A DNA stretch of 248,000 bases from Hyalangium minutum (GTDB lineage: Bacteria; Myxococcota; Myxococcia; Myxococcales; Myxococcaceae). The translations under genes were made by a program, and so were the position numbers. The notes under the pieces were generated by a model, which was given only the letters and a program-made list of their open reading frames with translations, was not told the origin of the DNA and made no database searches. The stretch covers positions 20,001-268,000 of the forward strand of contig NZ_JMCB01000004.1 in NCBI RefSeq assembly GCF_000737315.1, written 5' to 3'. Below are positions 74,433-84,635 of the stretch, one piece after another. Positions within the stretch are counted from its first letter, which is position 1. Each line of letters opens with the position of its first letter.

Positions 74433-76345
74433 TACCGGGGACTCCGAAGGGTACGGACCCAGTATGCCTCGCTTTGCCCCGAGACGAGACGGAACACCAG
74501 GGTATCCGCTGCGGGCACACGCTGGGAGAAGCGGCCCTTGGCGTCGAGTGCGACAGCCTGGCCGTTGAGGAAGAGCCGCGAGCCCACGGGCACCACGCCC
74601 TCCACCGGCACTTCGCCTTTGCCTCGCTTCTCTCCCGGGCGGGGGCGGCTGAGGGCCAAACCCCGGCGCTCATTGTCGTACACCAGCTCAAGCTTGTTCA
74701 TCCGGCCGCCTGCCAGCTCGTCTCCCCCCGGGCCGAGCGCCGCCACGTACCAGAGATAGCGCCCTTCGGAGAGCGAGCCCGGATCCAACGTGTACTGGGT
74801 CTTGTTCGTCACCCGCTGGAGGATCGGCGTCTTCATGTCCGAGGCTCGGTAAAGACGCAGTTGGTAGGAGCGGGCGCCCTCGCGCGGCGAGAACGTGAAG
74901 TGCAGCGCCGGAGCCGCGCTCTGGAAGAGGACGCGGGCGTTGAGGCCCGTCTCCATCACCTCGGCCTTGGGGCTCTCGGTGGTGAGTGAGGAGCGTCCGC
75001 GATCGGGCTCGAAGCGCGCCGAGCCCTGCGTGCGCACCGCCCCGTCCTCCCCCAGGAAGCGCCAGTGCAGCTCGCCTCGGGCCGGTGGTTCTACGCGCAC
75101 CCAGTCTGCTCCCACGCGCCCCACCAGCAGCGGCTTGCTGAACGAGGGATCCGGAGACACCTCCACCCGCAGGGGTCCTTTCGCGCCGGAAGGAACCTGG
75201 ATCCCCGCCCCAGGCGTCCCGTCCGAGAACACCCGCGTCTTGAGGTCCGCTGGCAGCACGAGCGCCGGGGCGGGCTCGCGCGAAGCCTGCGTCGCCGCCG
75301 CAGCCCGGTTCACCTTCTCTCCGGCTTGGACCACCGTGGACTTCCCATCGGCCAGCAGCTCGGCCTTGCCTGTGAGCACCTGCACGGTGGATCCAGCTTC
75401 GGGCGCGCTCACGGCGATGGTGCTCTGCTCGGAGACCTTGAGCTCCACCGGCCCCCGGCCATCGCTGAGCTTCAGCGTGTGCTTCCCCGCGCCGAACTGG
75501 AGCCGTGCCGAGCCCCGGCTGAGCTGCAGCGCGTAGGTCCGCTGCTCGCCCTCGCGCGACGCCTCCTGGAACGTCCCTGCCGAGTCTCCCGCGAGGTTCA
75601 CCTGCAAGTCGTTGGAGACCAGCCGGGCGCTGGACTTCGCGGGAATCTCGAACGCCGAGCCGGGACCCAGCTCCTGGGACTGCTCCGGGCCGAGTTCCGT
75701 GAAGGCGGACTCCTGCGCGCCCTTGACGCGGGCCTTGCCGTCCTGAGGCTCCAGCTTGAAGACGATCAGCTCCGCGCGCACCACTGGCACAGGGACCTGT
75801 TTCGGCTCGCGCACGTCGAACACGATCTCCTTGCCCACCACCATTGGCACCGACTGCCCATCCGTGTCGATGACGCGGATGTCGCCGAACTGGACCGTCA
75901 GCTTGGGCTGTGGGGCCCGGAGGTCGAACACGATGGTGGATGCGGTGACCATCTCCGCCCGGCCGAAGGAACCCGTGACGGTGAGCCCTCCGCCGCCCTC
76001 CTTGGGAGCGCTGGAGACGACGCGGCCCGCTTGGACTTCCACCGTGAGCGCCCCAGGGCCGCCGTTGATGCGGAAGCGGCTGTTCTCGCCCACGTCCAGC
76101 TCGGCGCCGTTGATGTACCGCACGCGCGCGGTGCTGCCCTGGCTCGTGACGATCGTCTCGCCGGGGTACAGGGGCTCGTTCGCCTGGGCGGGCCGAGCCG
76201 CCGCGTCCTGCTGCACCGTCACCTGTCCCTGCACCTGGGTGAGCGTCGCGATCTGCGGCGCAGAGGGCGGGGTGGGCTTCTTGTCACACCCCTCGCATCC
76301 CCAGAGGAGCAGGAGCAGCGGAAGCGTGAGGGAGAGGGCTCGCAA
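74432..76345 (-). CDS. FecR-domain lipoprotein
   Basis: LWGC lipobox with CEGC; FecR-like repeats; Ig/FN3 C-terminus. Confidence 0.7.
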   Translation of the reverse strand: MRALSLTLPLLLLLWGCEGCDKKPTPPSAPQIATLTQVQGQVTVQQDAAARPAQANEPLYPGETIVTSQGSTARVRYINGAELDVGENSRFRINGGPGALTVEVQAGRVVSSAPKEGGGGLTVTGSFGRAEMVTASTIVFDLRAPQPKLTVQFGDIRVIDTDGQSVPMVVGKEIVFDVREPKQVPVPVVRAELIVFKLEPQDGKARVKGAQESAFTELGPEQSQELGPGSAFEIPAKSSARLVSNDLQVNLAGDSAGTFQEASREGEQRTYALQLSRGSARLQFGAGKHTLKLSDGRGPVELKVSEQSTIAVSAPEAGSTVQVLTGKAELLADGKSTVVQAGEKVNRAAAATQASREPAPALVLPADLKTRVFSDGTPGAGIQVPSGAKGPLRVEVSPDPSFSKPLLVGRVGADWVRVEPPARGELHWRFLGEDGAVRTQGSARFEPDRGRSSLTTESPKAEVMETGLNARVLFQSAAPALHFTFSPREGARSYQLRLYRASDMKTPILQRVTNKTQYTLDPGSLSEGRYLWYVAALGPGGDELAGGRMNKLELVYDNERRGLALSRPRPGEKRGKGEVPVEGVVPVGSRLFLNGQAVALDAKGRFSQRVPAADTLVFRLVSGQSEAYWVRTLRSPR

Positions 76346-76348
76346 GGA

Positions 76349-77179
76349 TCAATTCTCCTGCGGTGACAGGTCCACGTAGAACAGCGCCTGGTCTCCAGCG
76401 CCCACGTCCACGGTCTTGGCCTGCGAGAGATAGCCAGGGGCCTCGAAGGTGACGCGGTAGCGTCCGGCCGGCAAGCGCAGCTCGAAGTCCCCCGAGGGCT
76501 TGGTGCGCGCCTTGAGCTTCGCCTCGGGGATGCGGAGGGTGGCCGAGACAGGACGCCCCAGCGTGGAGCGGACGCGCCCACGCATCCACGCGCGGATCTC
76601 CTCGCCCTTCTGCATGAGGACCTCGACCGACGTCTCCCCATGCGACGGGACGACCACCAGCTCTTCTTTGGGTCGCACGCCTCCGCCCGCAAGCTTCAGC
76701 GCGACGGGACCCGGCCCGGCCTCCGGCACCACGAAGAGGCCCGTCGAGTCGCTCTTGGCCACCACGCGCTCGCCGATCATCACCTCGACCTCTGGGACAG
76801 GGACCTTCGTGCCATCGCGGCCCTCCTCGCGCAGGACGCGGCCCTTCACCACTCCAGGGCCGGGGATGCGCTCGAGCGGCAGGAACACACTGGCCTGTCC
76901 ACCGGCGGGCAGCACCACCTGGCGCTCCACCTGCTGATAGCCCTCCGCCGAGGCGCGCACGGCCACGGGCCCGGAGGCCAGTCCGTCCATGCGGAACGCA
77001 CCGCTGGCGTCGGCCCTGGCGTCCTTGCCGCCCACCTGGACGCGCGGGCTCTTCAGCGGGAGCGAGGCCTGCGGACGCAGGGTGATCCACACCGTCCCTG
77101 TCTCCTCGGCCGCGGGAGGATCGGCCAGCGCCACGCTGCTCAGCAGCAGGAGCACTCCTATCGTCAGGCACCGGGTCAT
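76349..77179 (-). CDS. Carboxypeptidase-regulatory-like (CarboxypepD_reg) repeat protein
   Basis: Signal peptide; GPVAVRASAEGY, GRYRVTFEAPGY. Confidence 0.7.
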   Translation of the reverse strand: MTRCLTIGVLLLLSSVALADPPAAEETGTVWITLRPQASLPLKSPRVQVGGKDARADASGAFRMDGLASGPVAVRASAEGYQQVERQVVLPAGGQASVFLPLERIPGPGVVKGRVLREEGRDGTKVPVPEVEVMIGERVVAKSDSTGLFVVPEAGPGPVALKLAGGGVRPKEELVVVPSHGETSVEVLMQKGEEIRAWMRGRVRSTLGRPVSATLRIPEAKLKARTKPSGDFELRLPAGRYRVTFEAPGYLSQAKTVDVGAGDQALFYVDLSPQEN

Positions 77180-78624
77180 GGCGACGGGCCCCCGCCGAAC
77201 ACGAACTGGTACCCGGCCGCCAGGGTCAGGCCGCCCAGGTTCCCGCTCACGCTGTTGCGCCCAGGTGCATAGGTCCACTCGAGCTGGCCACAGAGGCGGC
77301 CAGGGCCCACGCTCCACGCGGCGCCGCCTCCCACGGACATGGCGGGCCCCACCGAGCGGAGCTCCTCCTTCACCGACTCGCTTCCCGGGAACTGAAACTC
77401 CACCGGGCCGCTCGCGGCCAGCAAGCCCACGGACGCGTCCGCGAAGAGCACCCCGCGCGTCAGGAACGGATGACTCCACCGCCCGCCCGCCCGGATGCCC
77501 AGGCCACCGAGGGTGAACGTCTTCGTCACGGTGTCGCCGCTGGAGGTGGTTCGCTCCTCGGTCACCTCTTTGTTCTTCTTGAGCTCCACCAGCACCAGCG
77601 CCTCCCACGGCCGCTGCGCCAGCCTCAGCGCTCCCTCCACCCGGAGGCCCGCGCCGTTCGCGCGCGCGGTGTTGCTCTGGCCGAACAAGAAGAAGCCTGC
77701 GGTGCGCTGCCACGGTGTCCACGGAGAGCCCGAGGCCAGAGGCCCTGTGCCGGCGCCACCCGGCTGACCGTTTCCGGTGCCAGGTCTCCCCGCCGAGGCC
77801 ACGGGCGCCGCCACCGGCTCGAGCGGCAGCGTGAAGGCGCGCTCCGTCTCCTCGATGGGCGCGGCGGAGATGTGCACCGGAGCGCCCGGCGCCGGGGCGG
77901 TATAGGGCAGCTCGAAGGTGCCGCCCTCCTTCGGCGAGATGGGGCCGAGCGTCCCGCGATCCACGGTGATGGCCAGAGGAGGGATGGCGGCGGCCGGGTT
78001 GCCGCTCTCGTCCACGACGAAGCCCTGCAGCGATACGGGCTTGCCCTGAACGGGCGGATCCAGCGCCACGAGCCGGATGCGGGCGAACGTCGGCTCGGGG
78101 AGGGCCACTGTCTGCGTGCGTGCGCGGCCCGAGCGCTCGGTGGCGGTCACCTCGGCGCTCGTTACCCCAGGCGGCACCTTCACCGGCACGGAGACCTCGC
78201 CGCTGGCCGAGGCCGTGACGGGCCCATAGGAGGCAGCCCCCACGAGGACCTTCACGCGCGAGCGCGGAGCCACGCGGACGCGCAGGAGGTGGTTGCCATG
78301 GACGGGCAGGGCGAGCCACGCCCCGGAGTTGCTGGCGCCGCGTTTCACGGTGGCATGGAACAGGGCCACCTGTGGGCCCTCCTGCCCGGCGGGCTGGTAG
78401 GTGGCGCGAAAGGTGCCGTCCTCGGCGGCGACAGGCTCGGTGACAGATCCTGCGTTGACGGTCAGGGACACCTGGACATCGCGCAGGGGCTTGCCCGTGT
78501 CATCGAGCGCACTGAGCTCGATCCGGGCACTGTCCCCGGAGGTGACGAAGGCCTTGTCGGAACGCAGCGCGACAGCCTGACTCGTGAGGGTCAGGACCAG
78601 GAGAGTGAGGGGCGCTGCTACCAT
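77176..78624 (-). CDS. Exported invasin-like Ig protein with C-terminal beta-barrel
   Basis: GTFRATYQP Ig strands; GGLTLAAGYQF terminal strand. Confidence 0.6.
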   Translation of the reverse strand: MVAAPLTLLVLTLTSQAVALRSDKAFVTSGDSARIELSALDDTGKPLRDVQVSLTVNAGSVTEPVAAEDGTFRATYQPAGQEGPQVALFHATVKRGASNSGAWLALPVHGNHLLRVRVAPRSRVKVLVGAASYGPVTASASGEVSVPVKVPPGVTSAEVTATERSGRARTQTVALPEPTFARIRLVALDPPVQGKPVSLQGFVVDESGNPAAAIPPLAITVDRGTLGPISPKEGGTFELPYTAPAPGAPVHISAAPIEETERAFTLPLEPVAAPVASAGRPGTGNGQPGGAGTGPLASGSPWTPWQRTAGFFLFGQSNTARANGAGLRVEGALRLAQRPWEALVLVELKKNKEVTEERTTSSGDTVTKTFTLGGLGIRAGGRWSHPFLTRGVLFADASVGLLAASGPVEFQFPGSESVKEELRSVGPAMSVGGGAAWSVGPGRLCGQLEWTYAPGRNSVSGNLGGLTLAAGYQFVFGGGPSP

Positions 78625-80519
78625 GGTGCCTGGCGGTCAATCCTTTCGCGCTGCCGCAGTCTACGCGAACGCTCCCAGGGGCGCGACGCCGCGAGGAGGA
78701 GAACGAGCCAGCTCACGAGGTGGCCCGGCAGCGTGGCAGGCTGGCTGCCGCACCCGACGTTCACGTCCCTGTCTCCCACGTGGAGGGTGACGCTCTTCTC
78801 CGGAGTGAGCGGGATGCCATTCTCCCGCGTGTACAAGGCCGTGAGACGCATGGACTGGTCCTGCTGCGCCGAGGCCTGGGCGGTGATGCGCACCGTCAGC
78901 GTCTTGCCCGGCTCCAGCGGGAGCTCGGCGGCGTTGTCCTGGAGGGTGAGGGGCGTTCCATCCACCTCGGCTTTGACCTTCGTGAGGCCCTCGGTGGACA
79001 GGTCCAGCACGCCCTGGGGGACGGGCTCCGAGCTCTTGTTCTCGAGCTTCACCTCGAACTCCACCTGGGCGCCCGGCTTCGCCAGCGCGCTGTCCTCCTT
79101 GGAGCGGAGGGAGAGTTCCACGAGGGGATCGCTGCACTTCGGTTGGATGTGCAGCTCGAAGAGCTCACCGAGGATGGGGGTGCCGTCAAAGGCAGGCCGG
79201 ACGACCAGCCGCTGCGAGAGGTCAGCGGGGCAGCCCGCCAGCGCCACCGAGGCCTTCCACACGCCGGGGGACGGCTGGGAGACGGGGCCGACGAACAGCG
79301 GCTGGTCGGCGGTGAAGCTGAACAGCTTCTCCGAGGGCGCCAGCGGCTGGTTGCACGTGTCCTTCAGCTCGAATTGGAGGAGCAGTTGATCGATGTAGGA
79401 GGTGAGCGTGGGCTCCGGGTAGAGCTTCCCCACGTACGAGAGGCTCGAGTGCTGCGGGCTCGGCAGCCGCTTCCAGGTGATGGTGAGATCGCCTACAGGC
79501 TCCCCCTCGTGGAGGACGAAGGGAACGTCCACGTCGTCGGTGCTGATCCACGTCACGGACTGGGCGCTGCCTTGCAGGATCCGGACAGCGCAGTCCGAGT
79601 CGCGGGTGTCTCCTGCCTGGGTGGGGACGAGGCTCACCGCGCTGCCGACGGGCCGGCACAGTCTCACGGTGGCTGGCTCCGGGGAGGGCTGGCCCTGGTC
79701 ATTCACCACCTGCAGGGTGAACGTCGTCGATTCGCACGTCCCCACGAGCTTGCGCGTGGGCACCACCGAGACCTTGGGGTACAGCACCGGGAGGGTGGAG
79801 CTCTGCGCGTTGAGGTTCGCTTGCGCGACATCCTGGATCGTCAGCTGGTAGTTGCCCGGCGCCGGGAACGTGAGGGTGAAGGTCCTCTCTCCGTTGTCCC
79901 GCAGGGGCTCGAAGTTGCTCTCCAGCGGCAGCTCGGGGATGGAGAGGTTGGAGGAGAGGATAAACCGGCCCGCGTACCCGACGGCCTTGTTGTTGAACTC
80001 GTCGTAGGCCTTCACCTTCACCTGGGCGGTGTTCCCGGGGCGCAGCGTGGTGGGCACGGCCGTGAACTCCAGGCGGGCCGTGTAGCCAATCACCACCGAG
80101 ATGGGCCGGGACGCGCCCGGATTGAGGCCCAGCACCCCGTCGGTCGCGATGAGCATCACGCGTCCCAGAGTCGAGGCCTTGTAGTACACCCTCTTTCCGA
80201 TGGAGCCGAAGGGGATGAGGGTCTCGGTGATCGGGGCTTGGAGGCACCCCGGCAGATCGTGGAAGGTGCCCAAGGGCTGGTTTTGACCCAGCGAGACGTT
80301 GACGGCGTACCCCAGGTTGACCCCCATGCCCGCCAAGGTCTGCGTCTGCACGGTGACAGCGATGCACTCGTTCTGCTTGATCTCCAGCGGTGGGCCGTCG
80401 AAGCCCAGCTTCCAATCGGAGAGCGGCAGAAGCTGCGGCGAGGGCGTGGCCGCCACCAGCAGGGGCGCGAGCAGCAGCAGGGTGCGCATGCGGAGCCAGC
80501 GGCTCTGGGGGTGGTTCAT
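78618..80519 (-). CDS. Surface Ig-domain protein with MYXO-CTERM-like tail
   Basis: Signal peptide; C-terminal VGCGSQP...WLVLLLAASR..RRLRQRER. Confidence 0.65.
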   Translation of the reverse strand: MNHPQSRWLRMRTLLLLAPLLVAATPSPQLLPLSDWKLGFDGPPLEIKQNECIAVTVQTQTLAGMGVNLGYAVNVSLGQNQPLGTFHDLPGCLQAPITETLIPFGSIGKRVYYKASTLGRVMLIATDGVLGLNPGASRPISVVIGYTARLEFTAVPTTLRPGNTAQVKVKAYDEFNNKAVGYAGRFILSSNLSIPELPLESNFEPLRDNGERTFTLTFPAPGNYQLTIQDVAQANLNAQSSTLPVLYPKVSVVPTRKLVGTCESTTFTLQVVNDQGQPSPEPATVRLCRPVGSAVSLVPTQAGDTRDSDCAVRILQGSAQSVTWISTDDVDVPFVLHEGEPVGDLTITWKRLPSPQHSSLSYVGKLYPEPTLTSYIDQLLLQFELKDTCNQPLAPSEKLFSFTADQPLFVGPVSQPSPGVWKASVALAGCPADLSQRLVVRPAFDGTPILGELFELHIQPKCSDPLVELSLRSKEDSALAKPGAQVEFEVKLENKSSEPVPQGVLDLSTEGLTKVKAEVDGTPLTLQDNAAELPLEPGKTLTVRITAQASAQQDQSMRLTALYTRENGIPLTPEKSVTLHVGDRDVNVGCGSQPATLPGHLVSWLVLLLAASRPWERSRRLRQRERIDRQAPW

Positions 80520-80644
80520 CGTCCCCCGATATTAGAGATGCGTGCACAATTGTTGCAATAATGCGCTGTGGGTGTGGGCGCGGGAGGCCTCGCTCGGTGC
80601 TGGCCGTGGAGGGCCGCAGGGCTTATTGAGACAGGGAGATCCCC

Positions 80645-80848
80645 ATGCCGTCCCCTCAATGTCCCATCTGCCAGAAGCCCGTGGCTCCGCGCGCGGAGAA
80701 CCCTTCCTATCCGTTCTGCTCCCGGAGGTGCCGGGCGGTGGACCTGGGCCGCTGGCTGGGCGAGGAGTACCGCATGCCCGAGCAGCGGGGGGACGAGCGG
80801 GAGGATGAGCTGCCGCCCGACCACCCCGAGCGGGGGAGCGACGCGTGA
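80645..80848 (+). CDS. yacG: DNA gyrase inhibitor YacG
   Basis: CPIC...PFCSRRC..VDLGRW. Confidence 0.92.
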   Translation: MPSPQCPICQKPVAPRAENPSYPFCSRRCRAVDLGRWLGEEYRMPEQRGDEREDELPPDHPERGSDA

Positions 80849-81576
80849 GCGGGTGGGTGGATCTGCACTGCCACCTGCTGCCGGGCGTGGATGACGGGGC
80901 GAGGACGTTCGAGGACAGCCTGGAGATGGCGCGGGCGCTGGTGGACCTGGGCTTCTCCACGGTGGCCCCGAGTCCCCACGCGCGGCCCGAGTACGCACCG
81001 GCCGAGCTCGTGGACCAGCGGCGCTCCGAGCTGCGCGCGGCCCTGGCGCGCGAGGGGATTCCGCTGACGCTCGGGCGCAACGCGGAGAACGTGCTGGACG
81101 AGGCCTTCCTTCGGAGCCTGGGCACTCCGGCGGCGCGCATGCTGGGAGAGGGCCGGTACGTGCTGGTGGAGCTGCCGTACACCACGCCCGTGCCAGCGCT
81201 GCTGGACATCCTCTTCCGCATCCGGACCCAGGGGGTGACGCCTGTGCTTGCCCACCCGGAGCGCTGCCTGGAGTTCGAGCGCAAGGGCCGCGCGGCGGAG
81301 GCGGTGCGGTGCGGCGCGCTGCTGCAGCTGGACGTGGGGGCGCTCACCGGGCGCTACGGGGGGACGGCGAAGAAGCTGGCGCGCGAGTTCCTGGAGCAGG
81401 GGCTGTACGGGCTGGGCGCCACGGACCTGCACTCGCCCGTGGGGGCGAGGGATTGGCTGGGCCGGGCGTTCACGGAGCTGCGCGCGAGGGCAGGGGAGCA
81501 GGCCTTCGGCCGCCTCATGAGGGACCACCCTGCACGTCTGCTGGCCGGTGAAGCCCTGGAGTCCGAGGGGGAGTGA
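80845..81576 (+). CDS. PHP-family tyrosine phosphatase (CpsB/CapC)
   Basis: DLHCHLLPGVDDG, LAHPER, TDLH. Confidence 0.9.
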   Translation: MSGWVDLHCHLLPGVDDGARTFEDSLEMARALVDLGFSTVAPSPHARPEYAPAELVDQRRSELRAALAREGIPLTLGRNAENVLDEAFLRSLGTPAARMLGEGRYVLVELPYTTPVPALLDILFRIRTQGVTPVLAHPERCLEFERKGRAAEAVRCGALLQLDVGALTGRYGGTAKKLAREFLEQGLYGLGATDLHSPVGARDWLGRAFTELRARAGEQAFGRLMRDHPARLLAGEALESEGE

Positions 81577-82655
81577 CGGTATACCCGCCCGCTGTGAAGC
81601 GTGCTCTGAAGCTCGTGGCCAGTGTGCTGGTCACCCTGCTGTTTACCTGGTGGGCGTTCCGGGAGACCGACTGGAGGGCCCAGTGGGCCAGCCTGCGCTC
81701 GGCCAACTATCTCTACGTGGTGCCGTACTTCGGCATCCTCACGTTGATCCACATCTGCCGCACGGTGCGGTGGGGGTGCCTGCTGTCGGGCATCCAGAAG
81801 GTGCCGTTCCGGCCGCTCAACGAGGCCTCGGGCATCGGCTTCATGATGTTGCTCGTGCTGCCGTTCCGCCTGGGCGAGTTCGCCCGGCCCTTCCTCATCG
81901 CCCAGCGCAGCTCCATCCGCCGCAGCGCGGCGATGACATCCGTGGTGCTGGAGCGCATCACGGACGGGCTCCTGGTGGCCACGCTGCTGCGCGTGCTGCT
82001 CTTCTTCATCCCCGAGGAGACGGCGCAGGTGCGCTACGTGAAGCTGGGCTCCACGCTGATGTTCGCCGTGTTCGGCGGTGGGCTGGCGTTCCTGCTCTTC
82101 GCACGTTGGCAGCATGACCGCGCGGTGCACCTGGTGCGCATCACGGTGGGGCGGGTGTCGCCAGGACTGGCCCACAAGATGGCGGACGTCGTCGACGGCT
82201 TCGTGGGGGCGATGCGCCAGCTTCCGGGGCCGGGGCAGCTCGCGCTCTTCTTCGCCCTTACCCTGACGTACTGGGGGCTGAACGGCGCGGGCATGGCGCT
82301 GGTGGCGCGGGCCTTCGGCTGCGTGGGCGTCACCGACGCCGCGTGCCAGCCCATGAGCCTGACGCTCTTCCAGGGCTACGTGGTGATGACGGTGCTGGTG
82401 GTGGGGCTGATGATCCCGGCGGCGCCCGGGATGATGGGCACCTTCCAGGCGGCGACCAAGGTGGGCCTCGGCCTCTTCTTGCCCGCCACGGTGGTGAACG
82501 CGAGCGGGCTGGCCTACGCGAACGTGGTGTGGCTGTGCCAGACGGTGCAGCAGGTGGGCTTCGGCCTGCTCCTGCTGTCCCTGGGGCACCTGTCCTTCAA
82601 GGACATCGCCAACAAGCTGGACAAGGAAGGCGAGGCCTCGGCGCCCATGGCGTGA
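81573..82655 (+). CDS. Lysylphosphatidylglycerol synthase TM-domain (UPF0104) membrane protein
   Basis: PFRLGEFARP, ERITD, IPAAPG. Confidence 0.85.
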   Translation: MTVYPPAVKRALKLVASVLVTLLFTWWAFRETDWRAQWASLRSANYLYVVPYFGILTLIHICRTVRWGCLLSGIQKVPFRPLNEASGIGFMMLLVLPFRLGEFARPFLIAQRSSIRRSAAMTSVVLERITDGLLVATLLRVLLFFIPEETAQVRYVKLGSTLMFAVFGGGLAFLLFARWQHDRAVHLVRITVGRVSPGLAHKMADVVDGFVGAMRQLPGPGQLALFFALTLTYWGLNGAGMALVARAFGCVGVTDAACQPMSLTLFQGYVVMTVLVVGLMIPAAPGMMGTFQAATKVGLGLFLPATVVNASGLAYANVVWLCQTVQQVGFGLLLLSLGHLSFKDIANKLDKEGEASAPMA

Positions 82656-82679
82656 GGCCCGCCGCTTCCGGGCTCGGGA

Positions 82680-82844
82680 CTACAGCTCCTCGTTGAGCCA
82701 GCGGATGATGGCGCCCTTGATGGAGGAGGCGGCCTCCTTGCGTGGCGCGGGCTGCGAGGGACGCGTGTTCTGCAGCTCCCGGAGGAAATCCACGGGCAGC
82801 GCGTCGCGGATGTGGCGCGTGTCCTGCACGGTGGCCGTCGTCAC
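82680..82844 (-). CDS. Small protein (54 aa), not in ORF track
   Basis: GTG overlaps TGA of upstream RHH gene (GTGA); GC3-rich codons; MTTATVQDTRH...IKGAIIRWLNEEL. Confidence 0.65.
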   Translation of the reverse strand: MTTATVQDTRHIRDALPVDFLRELQNTRPSQPAPRKEAASSIKGAIIRWLNEEL

Positions 82845-83077
82845 GGCGTGCCCCCGCGGCCGTACTTGGAGAGCAGATCCTCCACCGCCTCGCGGAGGTA
82901 CTCGCTCTGGGCGATGCGCGAGCGCCGGGACAGCTCGCGGAGCTTCTGCACCTGCTCTTCGGCGACGAGGACGTGGGTGGATACGACTTCGGCCTCGGGA
83001 CCGGCGCGGCGCTCGCCGGTGTCGACCGGAGCCGACACGGTGTCGGCGCTCAACGGGCTGATGTTGCCATCCTGCAT
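82841..83077 (-). CDS. Ribbon-helix-helix DNA-binding protein
   Basis: VSTHVLV...QKLRELSRRSRIAQSEYLREAVEDLL. Confidence 0.8.
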   Translation of the reverse strand: MQDGNISPLSADTVSAPVDTGERRAGPEAEVVSTHVLVAEEQVQKLRELSRRSRIAQSEYLREAVEDLLSKYGRGGTP

Positions 83078-83157
83078 CGGGGGCCTCCTGCCTGACGGGC
83101 TGCTACAGGCCGCTACTGGCCTGTGGGGAGGCATTAGGAGGTCGCCAGGGCCTTCCG

Positions 83158-84090
83158 TCAAAAAAAGTACCCACGGCTGTGTGCCAGCCACCGCCAACCC
83201 AGCAGCACGGGCACGGCGAGCAGTCCGAGCAGCAGCCCCGTGCGCAGAGGCGTCGAGTGACGCCAGGGGGCGCTCAGGGCGGCGGAGGGGGTGGGCGCGA
83301 GCGGCTGGCTCGAGGCGGGTGCGGCCGGGCGGAGCGGACGCCGGATCAGGGTGCTCAGGAGCCGAGGGCGCGGGGCCGCGCCGTTGACGTAGACCTCGCG
83401 CTTGGGATGGCGGGCGCTCCGGACGATGGCGCGGGCAATGCGATCGGCGGCGTAGAGGGGCTCGAGCGGCTTCACGCGCTTGTGGGTGGCGGAGGCGCCC
83501 TGGTGGAGGAGCGGCGTGGTGAGCGTCGCGGGGAGCACGGTGACGACGCGGACGAGAGCGTCCCGGCCCTCTTGGCGCAGCGTCTCGGAGAGCCCGCGCA
83601 GGGCGTACTTCGAAGTCGCATAGGCGTTCTGGTACGGCGCGCCCAGGGTGCCGAAGACGGAGGAGACATTGATCAGCACGCCGTGGCCCTGCTGGTGGAA
83701 AGTGGGCAGGGCGGCGCGAGCCCCCTGGAGGTAGCCGACGAGGTGCGTCTCGACGCGCTGGCGGAAGGCGTCGGGCGGCGTGTCCTGGAGGCCGACGAAG
83801 AGGGACTCCTCCGCGTTGTTCACCCAGACGTCGATGCGCTGGAAGGCCCCCGCCGCGAGCTGTGCGAGCTCATGCGAGGAGGCCTCGTCCGTGACGTCGG
83901 CGGGGAGCACCAGGGTCCGCGCGCCCAGCCGCTCACATTCGGAGGCCAGCTGGCGCAGCGCGGACTCGCTGCGCGCGGTGAGGACCACGGTGGCGCCCTT
84001 GCGGGCGAACCGAAGCGCCGTGGCTCGGCCAATGGCGCTGGAAGCTCCTGTGATGACGACGACCGACTCGCGCAGTTTTGTGGCGCCCAT
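83158..84090 (-). CDS. Short-chain dehydrogenase/reductase
   Basis: TGASSAIG, YATSK (YxxxK). Confidence 0.88.
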   Translation of the reverse strand: MGATKLRESVVVITGASSAIGRATALRFARKGATVVLTARSESALRQLASECERLGARTLVLPADVTDEASSHELAQLAAGAFQRIDVWVNNAEESLFVGLQDTPPDAFRQRVETHLVGYLQGARAALPTFHQQGHGVLINVSSVFGTLGAPYQNAYATSKYALRGLSETLRQEGRDALVRVVTVLPATLTTPLLHQGASATHKRVKPLEPLYAADRIARAIVRSARHPKREVYVNGAAPRPRLLSTLIRRPLRPAAPASSQPLAPTPSAALSAPWRHSTPLRTGLLLGLLAVPVLLGWRWLAHSRGYFF

Positions 84091-84192
84091 ACCCCTCCCG
84101 TGCTTGGCCTCCTCAAAATGGCCCTCTCCGCGGGTTCAGCGAGGCAGGAGGGGTGGAATGAGGGCTCTCCCGGTGCCCTGGAGGGCAGCCGG

Positions 84193-84423
84193 TCAAGCGA
84201 TGATGTCCGGCTTGCCGGGGGGCTGGTCGGGGACCGGCGGATCCTGAATCCCAGGAACGGGCTTGCCCGGCTCGGGCCCCCGAGGCGGCGGATCCTTCTC
84301 TGGAGGCTGTTTGGCGGGAGGGTCTCCTTCGGGTGCTTTCTCGGGAGGAGGCTCTCGCTGAGGAACTTCGGGGATGGGCTCCTTCACGGGCGCTTTCGGC
84401 GGTGGCGGAATCTCGACAGGCAT
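84193..84423 (-). CDS. Small Pro-rich repetitive protein
   Basis: P(K/E)EP repeats; putative RBS upstream. Confidence 0.5.
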   Translation of the reverse strand: MPVEIPPPPKAPVKEPIPEVPQREPPPEKAPEGDPPAKQPPEKDPPPRGPEPGKPVPGIQDPPVPDQPPGKPDIIA

Positions 84424-84635
84424 GGTCCCTCATCAGCACGGGCGAGCGCTCGGGCGTGAGGCCCACGCCTCGCCCTGGGTTCGAGCCTTCAAGGTGTCCA
84501 TCCCGCGAGGCCGGTGCAGTGGGACTGTCGCCGGGTCAACGCGAGGCAGACGGTGAAGGAGTTCCTTGCTCGGTTGCTGCTCAGGGGCAGCGTCGCCTTC
84601 ACGTTGAGGAGGCGAACACAAAGGGAGGCCAGGTG

